From positions 20,770,001 through 20,834,000 of the forward strand of contig OZ210885.1 of assembly GCA_964658305.1 (NCBI GenBank): 64,000 nt of DNA. Direction: 5' to 3'. Position 1 is the first letter of the stretch. Each line of letters opens with the position of its first letter. Below, in pieces: positions 25,560 through 39,528 of this stretch. The notes under the pieces were generated by a model. That model was not told the origin of the DNA. It made no database searches and saw only the letters and a list, made by a program, of their open reading frames with translations. This DNA comes from Leptogorgia sarmentosa. Lineage: Eukaryota. The position numbers and the translations under genes were made by a program.

Positions 25560-27596
25560 CTTATCTAGTGTAAGTAGCAATGTGAAAAATATTTGCATTA
25601 TTATGAGTAATCAAATGGGCATGTATAAAATATGGTACCATTTTCAGAGAATTTCTGACTGTTCCATCATAAATTTCTTCAATGCTTGGTTTACATTTAT
25701 CCAGACCATGAGCAATATAGTCACAAATGGATGGACTGAATATTCTGGGGTGTTGTCCACCCTGTATTATCATTGTTGCCAGCATCTGTCCAAGTGTTTG
25801 AAAATCACCATTTTGTAGGGCTCGGAAGTTGCATCTAATCACACACCCAATGGAAGTACCTAAAAACAAAAGTTTTATATGTAAAAAATAATTTATTCAC
25901 ATAGTTTCAGTAGAAATACCAATATTATATATTTAACCATACATAATTCTCTGTATTTTTAAGTCACCTGCGCTCAAAGTATAAGTTGATTAAATATTGA
26001 ATGCAAATAAACACAAATTGTTCCTGCAACAAGAATTCAATCTGCACCCTTGCACCAAGCTACAAAGGCAAGTTGTCAAAATAATTATTGACAGTTAATC
26101 ACTCCTAACAATTAGAGTTAGGAATCAATTTGTGGTATGTTTCCACTCAATATCCAGTGCATTCATTTAGCTGTTGGCAAAAATTAGGTCAACCAAACAT
26201 GTATCTTTTTACATAATGTGTAAAGCCAAAATATGTTACATACTTGATAAGGTGCCACTTTCTTTTACTACGTTTTTCAAGAGCAAGTGAAAAAATTCCC
26301 TTCTTGGGACTCCTCGGTCGATTGCATACTCTTCTTCTAATGAGTTAGCAAATGTGACTTTCAATAGCCCAGTCTTTGCCATAAATGACTTTCTCTTTAA
26401 AAATGCATTAGAAGTCTCCCACATTCGCAACCGACTAACAACAATATGCCTCGTATCACCACTTTAAACATTTGACACAATCTATCATAGCAGCTGCAGT
26501 CGCATCTGGTGACTCCAACTAGTAGTTACCACCATCGTTTATGTCAGCTTCATTTTCAAATGTAAGTAAGCTAGCCTCAATTGCCTCATTTATTGCTTCT
26601 GTTTCTGATAAACCAATAGGTCTAGTTAAATGAGAACCACTCACTATATTGTTACATTGTTGCATCTATCAATATACTGTAAATGCCAAATCAAAAAGGG
26701 CAGGAAACAGTGGGCATTTGATGAAAATTTAAAATTTTTAAAACATCAGATCCCAACAAAAGCAAACAGGGATTTTCTGTCCAATGGATTCAATCTCTTG
26801 GAAAATATACACCCACCTCCAAGAATTTACACTGATAGATGTCTAGGTGTATTGTGTAATGTCTGTTAATTTCAAATAACTGTTACTTACATGAAAGCAG
26901 TGGATACAAAGGAGCTAAAGGAGGAAGTGTGTTCAACTCTTGCATTCCCAATATCATTAAACAAGTGTTTTGGCTAAGTCTTGCCATTCTGTTTCTTCTT
27001 CTCGATCAGTTTCTTTTTCTGAAACTGGGCTCAAATAAAGTGTCACCCTGGAATAGCGCTTTCCGAGCCATTCTTTATAGTTCTTCAGAACAAATTCATC
27101 CTCTGATCCAGGTATTTTTTTGCCATTCTTGTATCAGGGTATGGTAGTACGTACCCTCTCTCCATTTCAAAGCGTTTATCAAATGCTTCGCGTTTTTTCA
27201 AGGCTGCAGTGCGAACTTCGTCGTATTTTGAATTGTCAGCGATTTTCAATGGCAATGAAGAACCACGAATTGGCTTTGGTTCACCGTTTTGGGCGTACTC
27301 CATCACCCCAATGTTGATTGTTACCTTGGAAAACTTTGTCGCACTGGCACCTTTTTTTGCTTGAAAGTGTGATCTTTCTTCCGACTTGCGCTTCGCAAAT
27401 TGCGCGAACGTGAGTAGATTTGTTTGGTTCTTCCTCTTTATAGACTTGGGGACAGTTGGATGGTTGAATTTGTTTGAATCTGTATTGCAGCTATCATCAG
27501 CTTCTTTACTTCCCGTTTCCAATAGTCGTTTACCACGCAGTTTGAACAATATTTAAACGATTCCTGTATCAAAGAGCCGCAGTCGGAACAGTACAT
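25560..27596 (-). pseudogene. zinc-ribbon plus HECT-like (G2E3-like) spliced gene remnant, probably transposon cargo
   Basis: Starts MYCSDCG..YCSNC; later exons give EYAIDRGVPRREFFHLL and GQMLATMIIQGGQHPRIFS, resembling the HECT N-lobe. Frameshifted. Confidence 0.7.
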
Positions 27597-28429
27597 TTTT
27601 AAATCACCGAGTTTTAAATATTTGCATTAATGGCGGATCATACCATGGCCCATATCCGCAATGCGCAACACAATCTTTAATTACACAACATTTTCTGACC
27701 ACCCAACAATATATTCCCAACATGCAACAAATTTTTCACAATGCAGAACAATATTTTTATGGTGCACATAAAATATTTTGTCAGTGCACAAAAATGTTCT
27801 GCCAGTGCACCGATATTTTTTCAATTCACCGATAATGTCTGTCCGAAGCATCTATTCCCATCCCAGTGGATTTAATTACCACTAAACAAAAAATCATAAA
27901 GTTCAAAGCTCATTGCCTGATGTCATCAGAGGAATGTGGTTTTGTCTTCAAAGGGCGTTTTTTCAAAAGTCTCTTGGTGATGTTCCCTTAGTTTCCAATG
28001 CAAAAGACAAGTGTGATTCGAAAGAAGGTAGCAAAATCTTTAATTGGAATTGTTGAAAAGGGCAAACAGAAAGTAAGAGAAAAAATTAATGCAAAGCTGC
28101 ACAAGAGTTTTCCTTTATTTAGATCAACAATACTTGAAAGTGTGTTGGATGAACATTAGCCATTACAAAATATATTTGAATAAGAATAAAACTTTGTAGG
28201 CTAATACAGTATGTATAAATAATTCAACAAAAGGTGGCCACATGTGTTCAGATCTGCCAACAATTTGTGGCAGTTTTCAGAGATTATGTGTCCTCATATG
28301 TTTTCTGTACATTTGGACAGAAAAACAAGACATATCATCTCAATATTCTCTCACTAAAAAGCCATTGACAGCACTTTAAAATGTATTTAAAATATCTTCA
28401 CTTTGTAATATCCTTAGTCTATATACGTA

Positions 28430-29255
28430 TTCAAGGATCTGTGAGTGTAATGGTTCAAGTTTAATTATAACCTGAGAAATATCTGAATTTCTCTGTTTTT
28501 AAGCAAATTAGCCTTTTTACCAAGGGTAATGTACGGTGTTGTAAATCTGCCAACTGCACCACGGATGTTCTCTGTTAGAACTTCATTGAAATCAAATGTT
28601 GCACAAATTTTATGGCATCAGCATCATTCTTGAAAGAATTCTGACCCACACCATAATGTTGAATTTGGTGGAAACCTTTACTTTCAACATATTGCAAATG
28701 CACATGTTGACGGCTTCTTTAGCGTATTCCTTTTAGGTGTTGAAGGAACCTTTAAACAGTTGTCACAACTTTCATCGCATTTTATTTCGGATTCATCATT
28801 GAAGTGCTCCATAATCAACTTCCGCCTGCATAAAGAAGACATACAAAAAGACACCATTATGAACGCTGTTGATACGCTTGGTGTTCAGATGCTTCTGAGG
28901 AAATAATTAGCTGAAGCAATTTGTTCTTGTCTTCAAATCGAAACATTAAAACACATGTAGAGTTTTGGCCATCACGTCCAGTTCGTCCTGCTTCTTCATA
29001 GTACTCTTCCAGAGTTTGTGGGAGGCTAAGATGAATCACAAAACGAACATCTGGTTTGTCAATTCCCATTCCAAATGCACTAGTAGCAGACATCAATGCC
29101 TTGCCGGATAGCCATGCCGTTGCATTATCCCTTTTTTCAAAATAGTCAAGTTGGCCATGATAATAGACTGCAGACAGGCTTTTTGCTTTAAAAACATATG
29201 CTAGTTGAACAGTGTCTTTGGTACTCAAACAATACACAATACCACACATGCTATT
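28430..29255 (-). pseudogene. RecQ-family helicase C-terminal remnant (helicase C domain plus RQC zinc region)
   Basis: CGIVYC, YHGQL, ATSAFGMGIDKPDVRFVIH, YYEEAGRTGRDG, then CRRKLIMEHF..CDESCDNC after a frameshift. Confidence 0.85.
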
Positions 29256-30457
29256 AAAGTTGTCTTTTTATTTTTAATATTTTAATTTCCTTCAAGTTTC
29301 CTTGAAGTTTCCTTCAAATTTCCTCGCATGCTGGTAATAAATGTACTGCTTAATAAAGACAGTAAAAACATACTTTGAATAATAATGCAATCTTGTAAAT
29401 TCAAGATATGAGATATCAAGTATAAGCAAGACAAAATAGCATGGTGATATTTGGACCTATTTCAAAATCATTGGCAAATGAGACTAATCAATTACAAGCA
29501 TTAATTGCTCAGCTACTATTTAAAAGAAGATGATGTAATCAATGAACCACAATGGTCAGTGAAATATGAAGTATTATGCCATCTTGTATTTTCTTCCCAA
29601 TAAAGGTTTGAGGAATGCTTGTTAATCAATTGGTCTTGTTTAAATTGCAGCCTCTAGTCCAAGTGCCAATCATTTTAGCTGTCTTCTTAGAGTAATTTGT
29701 TGTTGTAAAAGAAAACAAATTCTACATTGTTTGTAGTTATCGCCTCACCATGACAATGTTCACAGCTGTGTGATATATCATATGTGACCAATGGTCCAAT
29801 ACATTGTAGCAAGACAGCATCGATGAATTTGCAATGGTAATACACAACATAGCCATGTAGCCACATGATTTACATACATGCAATGGTGGGGTATTCTATA
29901 ACTGTACCTTGCAATTTACAAATAATCATTTTCATTGATTGATTGTTTGCAAACAATCATTATTTAAAAAAGGATTAACTGTAAATAATCGTTTTCAAAA
30001 AAAGATTTTTGTAAACAATATTTATTTCAAAGAACTTTATTTGCAAATAATCATTTTCATAAAATGATTATATACAAATCAGCTTTTTTTAGAATATGTG
30101 ACATATTGTATAATAAATATTTTGCTCATGTAAAGCATGCACTAACCCATACCATGTGCATTCAGGTCAAGTTTATTTTTGCAGCACAACTAGAACTTAT
30201 TCTCAATTGCAAGACCATCAGAAAAATTCTTATTCCTGTGTCACCAGTAAGATAGCAAAGTACTCATGGATGGCTAGGATCTTGTGCACACCCATGTATG
30301 TCTTGTTACTACCCTCACAGGCAGCCTCTGTTGATACCATTTGAAGTGAACAATCACTTTATAAGTTCTTTACAATCGTTCCTGCAACATCTTCTTCTAA
30401 GCTCCACTGGTTTGCCAGTTGTTAGAGAAAACATTGGGTTTAGATGATTGGCAATGT

Positions 30458-31890
30458 TAATAATAATAATAATGGTTTATCAACAGTTCCATAGAGTGGC
30501 TCTTCCCTGTTAATTGCTACTTCATCTACTTATATTTACGATGATAAAGAAATTTTCAAATTCAAAATATTATGAACTTAAAATCTTATAGCGTCAATAT
30601 TATAATCCAATAGCATTAAGACATGTGTTTGTTAAAATTTAATCTTGCGGACTACAGGGTGTATAAAAAAAAAGTTTACTGATGAAAAACATTCTCTAAA
30701 CTGACGAGCGCTCAAAATTTCTAAAACATTCGGTTAGCATGGGTAGTTTAACACCCTCTGGTATATCTAGCACTAAGTTTATTTTAAAAACAAAGTTTTT
30801 TAGAATGGGAAATGTGGTTACTGAAAGGCCCATTAAAAACGGCTTGCGTGGAAAAAATAAGTTTTCTACACACAATTTGATTTAATCGGATGAAAATTTG
30901 GAGTATGATATACAAGCTATTCAAGTTTTGAGAAATTTGGTGCATGCTGAGACGAACGTGCGATGTCCGAAAACTGGATTTTGCGTTCTTTTCTGCGTGA
31001 TTACCGATTAATTTATGCATAATTGGATATTTGCATTAATTACCGATGCAAATTGCAAGCTAATTCCCGAAGGTCCGTAATTACGCGAAGAAATTGCGGA
31101 AAATCTAGTTTTCGGACATCGCACGTTCGTCTCAGCGTGCACCAAATTTCTTAAAACTTGAATAGGTTGTATATCATACTCCATATTTTCATGCGATCAA
31201 ATCAAATTGTCTGAACAAAACTTATTTTTTCGGTGCAAGCTGTTTTTAATGGGCCTTTCAGTAACCACATTTCCCATTCTAAAAAACTTTGTTTTTAAAA
31301 TAAACTTAGTGCTAGATATACCAGATGGTGTTAAACTACCCATGCTAACCGAAAGTTTTTGGAAATTTTGAGCACTCGTTAGTTTAGAGAATGTTTTTCA
31401 TCAGTAAACTTTTTTTTATACACCCTGTAGAATTATTGTCGATCTAGAATTATTGTCGTTCAAGAGATAGTTCTTCGTATCTTTGCTAAATCTAGTAAAA
31501 GTGTCATAATTTTTAAGTTAATTAGGTAATTTATTATAAAGTGAATTTATTATGAACTCGGAAAATTAGAGGTGGGGTTCGGAAATTTGCAAAATCTGAA
31601 CCTCGGAAATGCCTTAACAATATAAATCATTTGATGGGTTTGGATACTTATACTGTGGCTTTGAAAGATCGAACTATTGCAAATCTCAGACTGCCACTGC
31701 GTACGGTGCAGTCTTTCTACAGCAATATAAGATTTAACACATATTTGTTGTATCAACGGCGATATTTCCACTGATATATGTTAGCCTGGGTTTTCTCAGT
31801 GAATGATTTCTAAGCACATTGATCTTTTCAAAACCTTGCCAGCATATAAAGCATTCAATTCAGCATATACATAATAGAATGTAATTATAC
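30458..31890 (-). mobile_element. decayed CR1/L2-group LINE 3' end interrupted by a MITE
   Basis: (ATT)n tail at ~30458-30473 and C-terminal-like SLYNKLPN*LKNYDTFTRFSKDTKNYLL near 31460-31545. Confidence 0.55.
30655..31427. mobile_element. foldback MITE, Tc1/mariner-like, 773 bp
   Basis: TA|CAGGGTGTATAAAAAAAAAG..CTTTTTTTTATACACCCTG|TA with ~330-bp inverted arms. Confidence 0.95.
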
Positions 31891-33849
31891 TCTCGGGTGA
31901 CTGTCGACGAATATCGAATGTTTATTCTTGACAATTTGCATTGCACAATCAAAATGGAGCCATCGTGGCTCACATGACTGGCTCAGTGATTGGTTTGCAA
32001 TGCTACACCGTGGTAGAAAGCTTGGCGGCCTGTTGTGATCCGAATTGCCGTTAAAAATCATTCCATGTATCATCAGCTCAAAGAAAAGCTTGATGTAATA
32101 TAATAAAATAATTTAAAATATTTATAGCCAAAAAAGGAAACCCGCACGTTCAAATTTCGCGTGCTCTACATTATTTTGTTGAATTTCTGACCTCTGACCT
32201 TGACGTTATAATAATAAAACAGAGTGTAACAATGAACGGGCGATTATACAGTACTCAACAAATGTATAACCTGTAGGCTACCTCTGTGTTGTAATAGAAA
32301 TTCAGTCTATTCACAATTTTAGGCCAATGTTAAATTTACTTTTGTTTGCCTACATATTTATTTTAATTCTACTGCTGCGAAATTGAAGAATCCCTGAGTC
32401 ACCACTAATCATGTAAACAATCTAGACAAGCAACCCAAGCTTACTGAAGCTGTCAACTGTTTTCTATCAGTATGATCATGAATCATGTCGTCTATTTAGT
32501 CGACTAAAATAGATTACTAGGCAAAATCGAGCAACTGGCTGAATTTGATTGTAGTAAATTATTCTTTTACATCGGGAGTACATGAATGGGAATATTCCCA
32601 TAACCGCTAGGCCGCTACTATGGCAAGAACAAATGGAAACAAACACGTTCAAATAAATGCGGGAAGCGAATATATCGGTCATTATATATCAATCGTATGA
32701 ACTAAATGAGGTTTAAAATTATGGTTTTCTTGTTGCGACGAGTTTACTGTGTCACTGCATTAAGTGTACCCTCAAGGCAAAGACGGCAAACTAAAAAATG
32801 TATGCAGATTTACGTATATTATCCACGGAAGTAGTTGATAGTATGGGCTATGGCTATTTTTGTTCATGACAACCCATACTTGTTTTCTAGATTCATCGCA
32901 GATATTCAAATAACATTTTAACCGCTTTGGCAACATGTTCAAACATTGTTGAAACTTGGCCACATTACTGATTCAATGTTGCACTCGTTAGCATCCGCCA
33001 TTTTGTATTACACAAATATTTCATCCCACGAACACATGCCGAGTTTGCAATTTTCGCAAAACTGCAAATTCTGGAGGGGCTTTGTGGCTATAACTTGAGG
33101 CATCTTAGATTACATTACTTCCCTAGCTAAATTTCTTATCCATACGAATAACTCCAAACAATGGTGAACAATAGTATAACGTTACAATTGGATAATTTTT
33201 GCTTAAAAATTGAAAGGATATCGGTACACTACGGAGTTTCGCACATCAACAGAATTGGGGACGCTCCCCCCGGAGTTTACACTATGATATCTGATATCTG
33301 ACTCGTGTGAATTTCGCCCCTCATCACAATACTGCAAAGTTTCAAAGAAACTTCGCACTAAAAAGGTTAATCTCAGGAAATCACACATACAGCAGCATAC
33401 ATGTACTAATTACTAACAACAACCGTCAAATCCATTACATACAACATGCTGATGATTATTGACAAGCAAAATCAGTCTGTTGATAAGTATAAAACAGTCT
33501 CAAACTGACACTTTTCATTTATTAAACAACATTTGCACCAAATATTGCTTAAATGATTAATAGTTTATAATTTTGACTGTAATTTTTATGTAGTCAAAAG
33601 AAATGCAATACTCCAAAAAAACCTTTTAAAAATAGTAAAATTGCAAATAACCTTGCAAATATTCAAAAATATAGAACATTTGGGAACTTTGAAATGCTAT
33701 ATTTGTCCATTGCTTATAAACATATAGTGACTGAATATAAGCTGTGGGCTTATACAGGTTCGTAAGCACTTTAAGGGGTATGCATGGATGGCGTGTTAGT
33801 AAATGCGGAATCCCTATTGACATGGGCAATAGTCACATGCACTCGAATG

Positions 33850-35390
33850 AACAAATTATATATATAAAGAATGAACAGCAGTCAATTAAGAGGGCAAATG
33901 GCAGAGCAAAAAGAGAACTTATTGACGAGTCTCTCCCAGCCGATCTCCTAACACATGTCAAACAAGCGCGGGATAAAGGAGCAAGCTCATGGTTAAATGC
34001 CATATCAATTGAAGAACAAGGCTTGACCCTCAATAAAGAAGAATTTAAGGATTTGTTAAGAATGTGTTATGATTTGCCATTGTCGGACTTGCCAAGTCAT
34101 TGCGTGTGTGGAGCTGCATTTTCTGTCAATCACGCTTTATCTTGTAAAAGAGGAGGATTTGTGGCTCGAAGGCACAACAGAGTTCGAGATTTACTGACCA
34201 CACTGCTCAGCAGGGTGTGCTATAACGTAGAAGCCGAACCGAAGCTCATCCCTTTAGATAATGAACAATTCAGTTTACAGTCCACCAATAGACCCGGATG
34301 CGCGTTTGGATATCAAAGCTGGCGAGTTTTAGGGAAGAGGAGTTACATCATTTTTTTGACGTACGGGTATCACATGTAAACTCCCAATGTCATCAAGACA
34401 AAGCCACATCTGATATCTTTAAGGAACAAGAAGCAGAGAAGAAAAGGAAATACCAACAGAGAATTTTAGACGTGGAGATGGGTACATTTACGCCCTTGGT
34501 TTTTGGAATGAATGGAGGAGTGGGAAATGAATGCCAGAAATTCCTAATGCATCTTGCCGAGAGATTGTCAAAGAAAAACGGAGAAGATTATGCAACTGTT
34601 ACTACCTGGATCAGAACAAGATTATCATTTGAAATTTTGAAGTCAGTGCATTTGTGCACGAGAGGATCCAGATTGCCATTTCGTGCGAAAGATGAACATA
34701 TAGGTGAATTTAAATTCAGTAACTCTGTTACAGCAGAGGTTTTTTAAGCGACAGCATCATTTAGACCCTGTTTACACTAATATATAAATTTCGGATTCAT
34801 AACAGTATTCGGATTTGTTGTTCACGACGTTTTATTGAATTGTTTCGGATTCGGTCGTTTACACTAGGGGTTCTTCATGCTGTACGTATGGGAAATTAAC
34901 ATAAAAAAGATTGAGTATTTTTGTAACATATTTTACAAAACGATAATGTCTTCCATGTTGTCTGGCATCTTGAATGTTTGGTATTCGGATTTGTTGAACA
35001 AATGTGTTTACACGTGATTTTGTTTCGGATTCAATGTTTCCGGATACAAAGTTTCTACTAATTTTTCCGGATTCAAAGTTTCTGGATACTGCCTAAAACC
35101 GAGATGATTTTCAATCGAATTCGTCGCTGTATGTGTAAACGCATACATGAATCCGATACCAAAACGTTTTGGTTTCGTGATGAATCTGGAATCTTTTCCT
35201 CTTGTGTAAATGGGGTCTTAAAGACACTAAGCCGGATATGTACTTTTTAATGTACTTTTTTACTTTAGATAAGTTAACAAAACTTTTAGGTATTTTTATT
35301 ATTGTGCAAAAGTAAAATTATCTAAATAGTTTATTGTTTAGAAGTATTATTGTAAGTATTATAAATGTAATTATTTTCTTATGATAAATT
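33850..35390 (+). mobile_element. CRE-clade non-LTR retrotransposon 3' part (CCHC plus restriction-like endonuclease)
   Basis: KGASSWL, CVCG..HALSCKRGG..RHNRVRD, FFDVRV, EKKRKY, FTPLVFGMNGG. Frameshift near 34290, stop at 34747, AT-rich 3' UTR. Confidence 0.88.
34764..35217. mobile_element. PIF/Harbinger-like MITE
   Basis: TTA|GACCCTGTTTACAC..GTGTAAATGGGGTC|TTA; internal CGGATTC/CCGGA motifs. Confidence 0.85.
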
Positions 35391-35411
35391 TACAATTATT
35401 GTCTATTGTAT

Positions 35412-35488
35412 AATCCCCAAGCCACGGTGCGAAGCGCCGTCCGGGCGTTAGCCCTCGCGAGGGTAATAATTCTGCACGGGTTCACTAG
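35412..35488 (+). mobile_element. Helitron-like 3' terminus
   Basis: GC-rich palindromic stretch (ccctcgcgaggg) followed by gcacgggttcaCTAG|T. Confidence 0.6.
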
Positions 35489-36666
35489 TTATATTATAAT
35501 AAAATAATTGATGTAATTAGATAAAACTTAATTATTCTAACTAGCATACACATTTGTAAACTTTTGCTTTGAGTATTTTAATAATAAAGACTTATAATAA
35601 TAATTCAAAAACCATACACAAACTTGCTTATTAATAATAGGTTCGCACTACTGTACGTTCGCACAGACCAAGAAACTTAACAAATTTAGTCATGATAATT
35701 TCCTCATGAACACAGCGGTTACTGCCAAAATGGTGAAAAGGCTGGATGCAATATTTGCACTAACGAAATGAAAGATCTGAACAAGAGGAAATTGGCCATG
35801 TCCTAGTTTTCAGATATCAGATCATAACATCTACACAAGATGGTAATTGTTCAAATGACCCATCAGCTGGGAATAATGCAGCTAGACAAAGATGTGCCTT
35901 GCTGTACTCTAAGAGGCTGTGTCTGTAAAATCCTGCTACTGACTTTGGGACAAAATATAAACCTTCCCTGATTTTTAAACCATTTATTAGCGTTGGTTAG
36001 CATACTTGAATGTGCATTCGGATTTATTAATTTTTATTTCCCCTCTCCGAGATTTTGTGGATTGGGCAACTTCTGCAATGACCACAATGATGATTTTTAC
36101 TCGGTCATGTACAAAGTCGCCCATTCGCCTTATATTTAATTTTAAAGATTCTGAAAGACTGTCCTTTAGGCTATGTAATCATGATGCTAGTGTGATAGAA
36201 ATCATATCTTTTCTCATTCTACCGTACTTTGAATCGTCTCACCTGCAAAGCCTTTAACTTAGTTGCAACATGCAACTGGAAATCTCGTTTTCTCAAAAGT
36301 GGCACCTGTTCAAAAACTAAATTTCTTCAGATAAGAATTTCGAATGTTGGCAGCAACATAGTGACAGTGATGTTACATCAGGTGTAGACTTTGATACCAC
36401 AATATTTAAATTGTCAGACGGGCTTCAGTCAACAGATTGTTTGTTCTCTAATTTCCAAACAGATCCAGTGTTGTAAATACTTGTTACTAAAGTCACAAGT
36501 TACTAATTACTTTTCGGGTAATTAATTATTTTTTGTACGAAAGTAATTTGTCACATAGTTAATTACTTTTTGAAGGTAACGAGTAACATTTTAAAAATGT
36601 TAATTGCGTTAATTTTTTTAAAAATAGTAAAGATAACAAAAGTGAGTTTAAGCAGTAAAAGTAAAC

Positions 36667-36911
36667 CAGGGGCCGGTTGTATCAAAGGCGTTTAGCTTAA
36701 ACGGTGGGTAAGCAAAATTTTAAAAACACTCCTATTCGTTTTGTAAATAATTGAACCTGAATTTTATCAACTAAATATGTAGTTCTAAGCATACTGGTCA
36801 TGTTAAGACAGAAAAGTTTAGTTTCCTTATAGTCTATAGTTTATAAACTTGTTCGATATTTTTAACTTATCCACCGTTTAAGCTAAACGCCTTTCGTACA
36901 ACTGGCCCCTG
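36667..36911. mobile_element. MITE with ~45-bp TIRs, Harbinger-like
   Basis: caggggccggttgtatcaaaggcgtttagcttaaacggtgg pairs with ccaccgtttaagctaaacgcctttcgtacaactggcccctg. Confidence 0.88.
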
Positions 36912-38152
36912 CAGTGTTTTAGTCGATTTGATTTTAATTTAATCCAAGATTTTAAGAGGCCTGACCGACATTGCTGACCAGCATCAGTATAATACTGCAT
37001 AATTATATACAGTTATACTTCATGGCATTACACTGTTGTGTCGCCTTGTTCGTTGACAACATGACCCTAGTACATGAATATTTGAATAATGGATGAAATT
37101 ATTGTTGAAACGGAAAATGAAACCGAGGAATCCAGTGATATTGGCACAGACACTGTGGAAGAAGGAAACAAATGTTAATCTGTGGCTGCGACTCGAGGAA
37201 TTGTTTGCTTTCTCTTCTCAATCGGCTGACAAGAAGAATTTACTTTTCAAGTGCAAATTATGCCCACCATCAAAAAAGCCATATTCGACATACAAAACAT
37301 CGTATTCGAACCTTCGAAAACATATAAAGGTAAGGGATAAGAATTAAAAAAGGGCCGCCCATTTTGTGACGTTTTACACATTTTGAATGTTTCGATCATA
37401 TAGACACAATTTAATATACTGATAGCAATATATTTCATAAAAATTATGACAGAACATACACCCATTCAGCCTGAAAAAGTTGAGCTCACAAACGTACGTG
37501 AACCAAAGGGAAGATCTTTCCTTGGCGTCACTGCTCATTGGCTTAATAAGGAAAGCATGAAACGTGAATGTGCTGCCCTGGCCTGTCGTCGTCTTACTGG
37601 TAAGCATGATTATCTACTACTAGGTAAGGAACTTTGCAAGGTCCATGATCAATTTGAAATAACCGAAAAGGTCATTGGTACAACTACAGACAACGGGTCA
37701 AATTTTGTCAAAGCATTTTCAGTGTTCGGTCCTTCAGAAGATGAAAGTGAGGACAATCAGGGGCATGTACTGTATCAGTGACCGACGCTCTAAACAGTGG
37801 CCTAATTGATGAACCTGACCTCCCACCACACTATAGATGTGCTGCACACACCCTTAACCTGATTGCCACAACTGACACAGATCATATATAAAAAGCTAAG
37901 CCGTTCCACATTTGCTAAATGCCAAGCTTTATGGAACAAGTTCGGTCGAACAACAGCAGCAAATGAGATTGTCTCCGAGGAAGCTGGTTTTCAACTTGTC
38001 TGACCATGTGCTACCCGTTGGAATTCTGTTTTCGACTCAGTTGCTCGCTTAAATCGAATCTGCCACGAAAAGGGGAATTCAGCAATCAGTAACATCTGCC
38101 ATAGTTTAGACTTACCACGGTGAGGGAACATAATTTTCTGATGCATTCACAC

Positions 38153-39528
38153 TGTGCCTATATCAGGGTCAGCGAAATGACTTATTTATGTAGTTCAGGT
38201 GATTTTGAGAACATTTGCAATATATTTGATAAGACGAAAATTTGATCTTCCTGTACTTTTCGGACCTCAAAGTTGGTAATTTTTTCAATTTTTCGTGAGT
38301 ACAAAGTACTGGTAACTAATTGACATTACCAACGGAAGTGACATAAAAAGGAGAACACGTCAAATATGCAAAGTATAAATGCTATAGAAAACAAAGCGTT
38401 TCAGACGAAATAGCGCTCAAACCTCTTTGAAATATAGACTTTTCGGTTAAAGTTCCTGTGAGAAGATGTCGTCAAGTTTTTTCGACAATTTTGACAGCCA
38501 ACTAGACTCAGATAGGTTTTCCATAACAGATTATGTAATACGAGGAAGCGAAGAACAATGGCAAAGCTTGCAACCATACCAAGACGAACTGATTGCAAAT
38601 GTTGCGTGGATTGCCGAATACAATGAAGTTAGAAGAGGAGAGAAGACAACTGCTTGTAACTCGCTTAATTGGGGAAGTGCGCATATCAGATTGGTAAGTC
38701 AAATCATAGTCAAATGTGTGTATACCGAGATGCGATATAATAGTGTTTACGCGTATTACTTCACAATCATATTTGTTTTGTTTAGGTGTACATGTGTAAA
38801 CTGCAAGTTTGATCTATTAGTGAACGAAAGAGGCAAAAAGGCTGTGCAGAAGCGTTAAAGGCAGAACTTGTCGTGGAGGAAGTTGGATCTGTGCAATCTG
38901 GCAAAGAAATGGTTGGATATACACAAATCCTGAATTCGTCGCTCTTTAGTATGGCTTTCAATTTCGCTTTATCGCCAGTCAAGCGAACACCGAAACGCCG
39001 AGTAAAATCTCCTGCATTAAAATGCTTGGAACATATCTTTGAAGAGGCAGACGGTTCAAAGTTTAATCGCCTTCTTCGAACAAAATCGACCCATTTCTTC
39101 CTTCGTTTTTTGGCCTCTGGTCGATCATCATTCGCAAAAGGAATAACGTGGAGCGATATTCCTTTGTCTGAACTGGTAACATTGGAACATCCATAAACTG
39201 CACACCTGTGTGGCATTTTAAGCCCATAAACGTTTAGTGCAGTAAGAAAAAATATTTATTTTCGAAGATACAGTGTTCAATGTTGCTGTTTTTACTATAA
39301 ACCCTATTGTTGTCAACGCATGTGTTCTCTTTCTTACGTCACATCCCATAACTAGTTACCAGTAATTGTATCTGACGGTCAAGCGCTAAAATTACTAAAA
39401 ATTACCAACTTTGAGGTCCGAAAAGTACAGGAAGATCAAATTTTCGCTCAAATATATTGCAAATGTTCTTAAAATCACCTGAACTACATAAATAAGTCGT
39501 TTCCCTGACCCTGTTTCCCTGAGGCACT
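38153..39528. mobile_element. Kolobok-like deletion derivative inside the hAT intron
   Basis: ~190-bp imperfect TIRs; right end ..GGCACT|TTAA; two convergent gene starts (THAP on minus, Cys-rich on plus). Confidence 0.8.
38782..39216 (-). pseudogene. THAP zinc-finger N-terminus of the Kolobok-like transposase
   Basis: MPHRCAVYGCSN..IPF..RRKKWV..KICSKHF..VYPTI matches the THAP consensus. No DDE domain follows. Confidence 0.88.

Noticed and set aside
30784..31020. ORF similar to 5146-5421 as a gene family
   Set aside because: Both are chance frames in copies of the same non-coding MITE.
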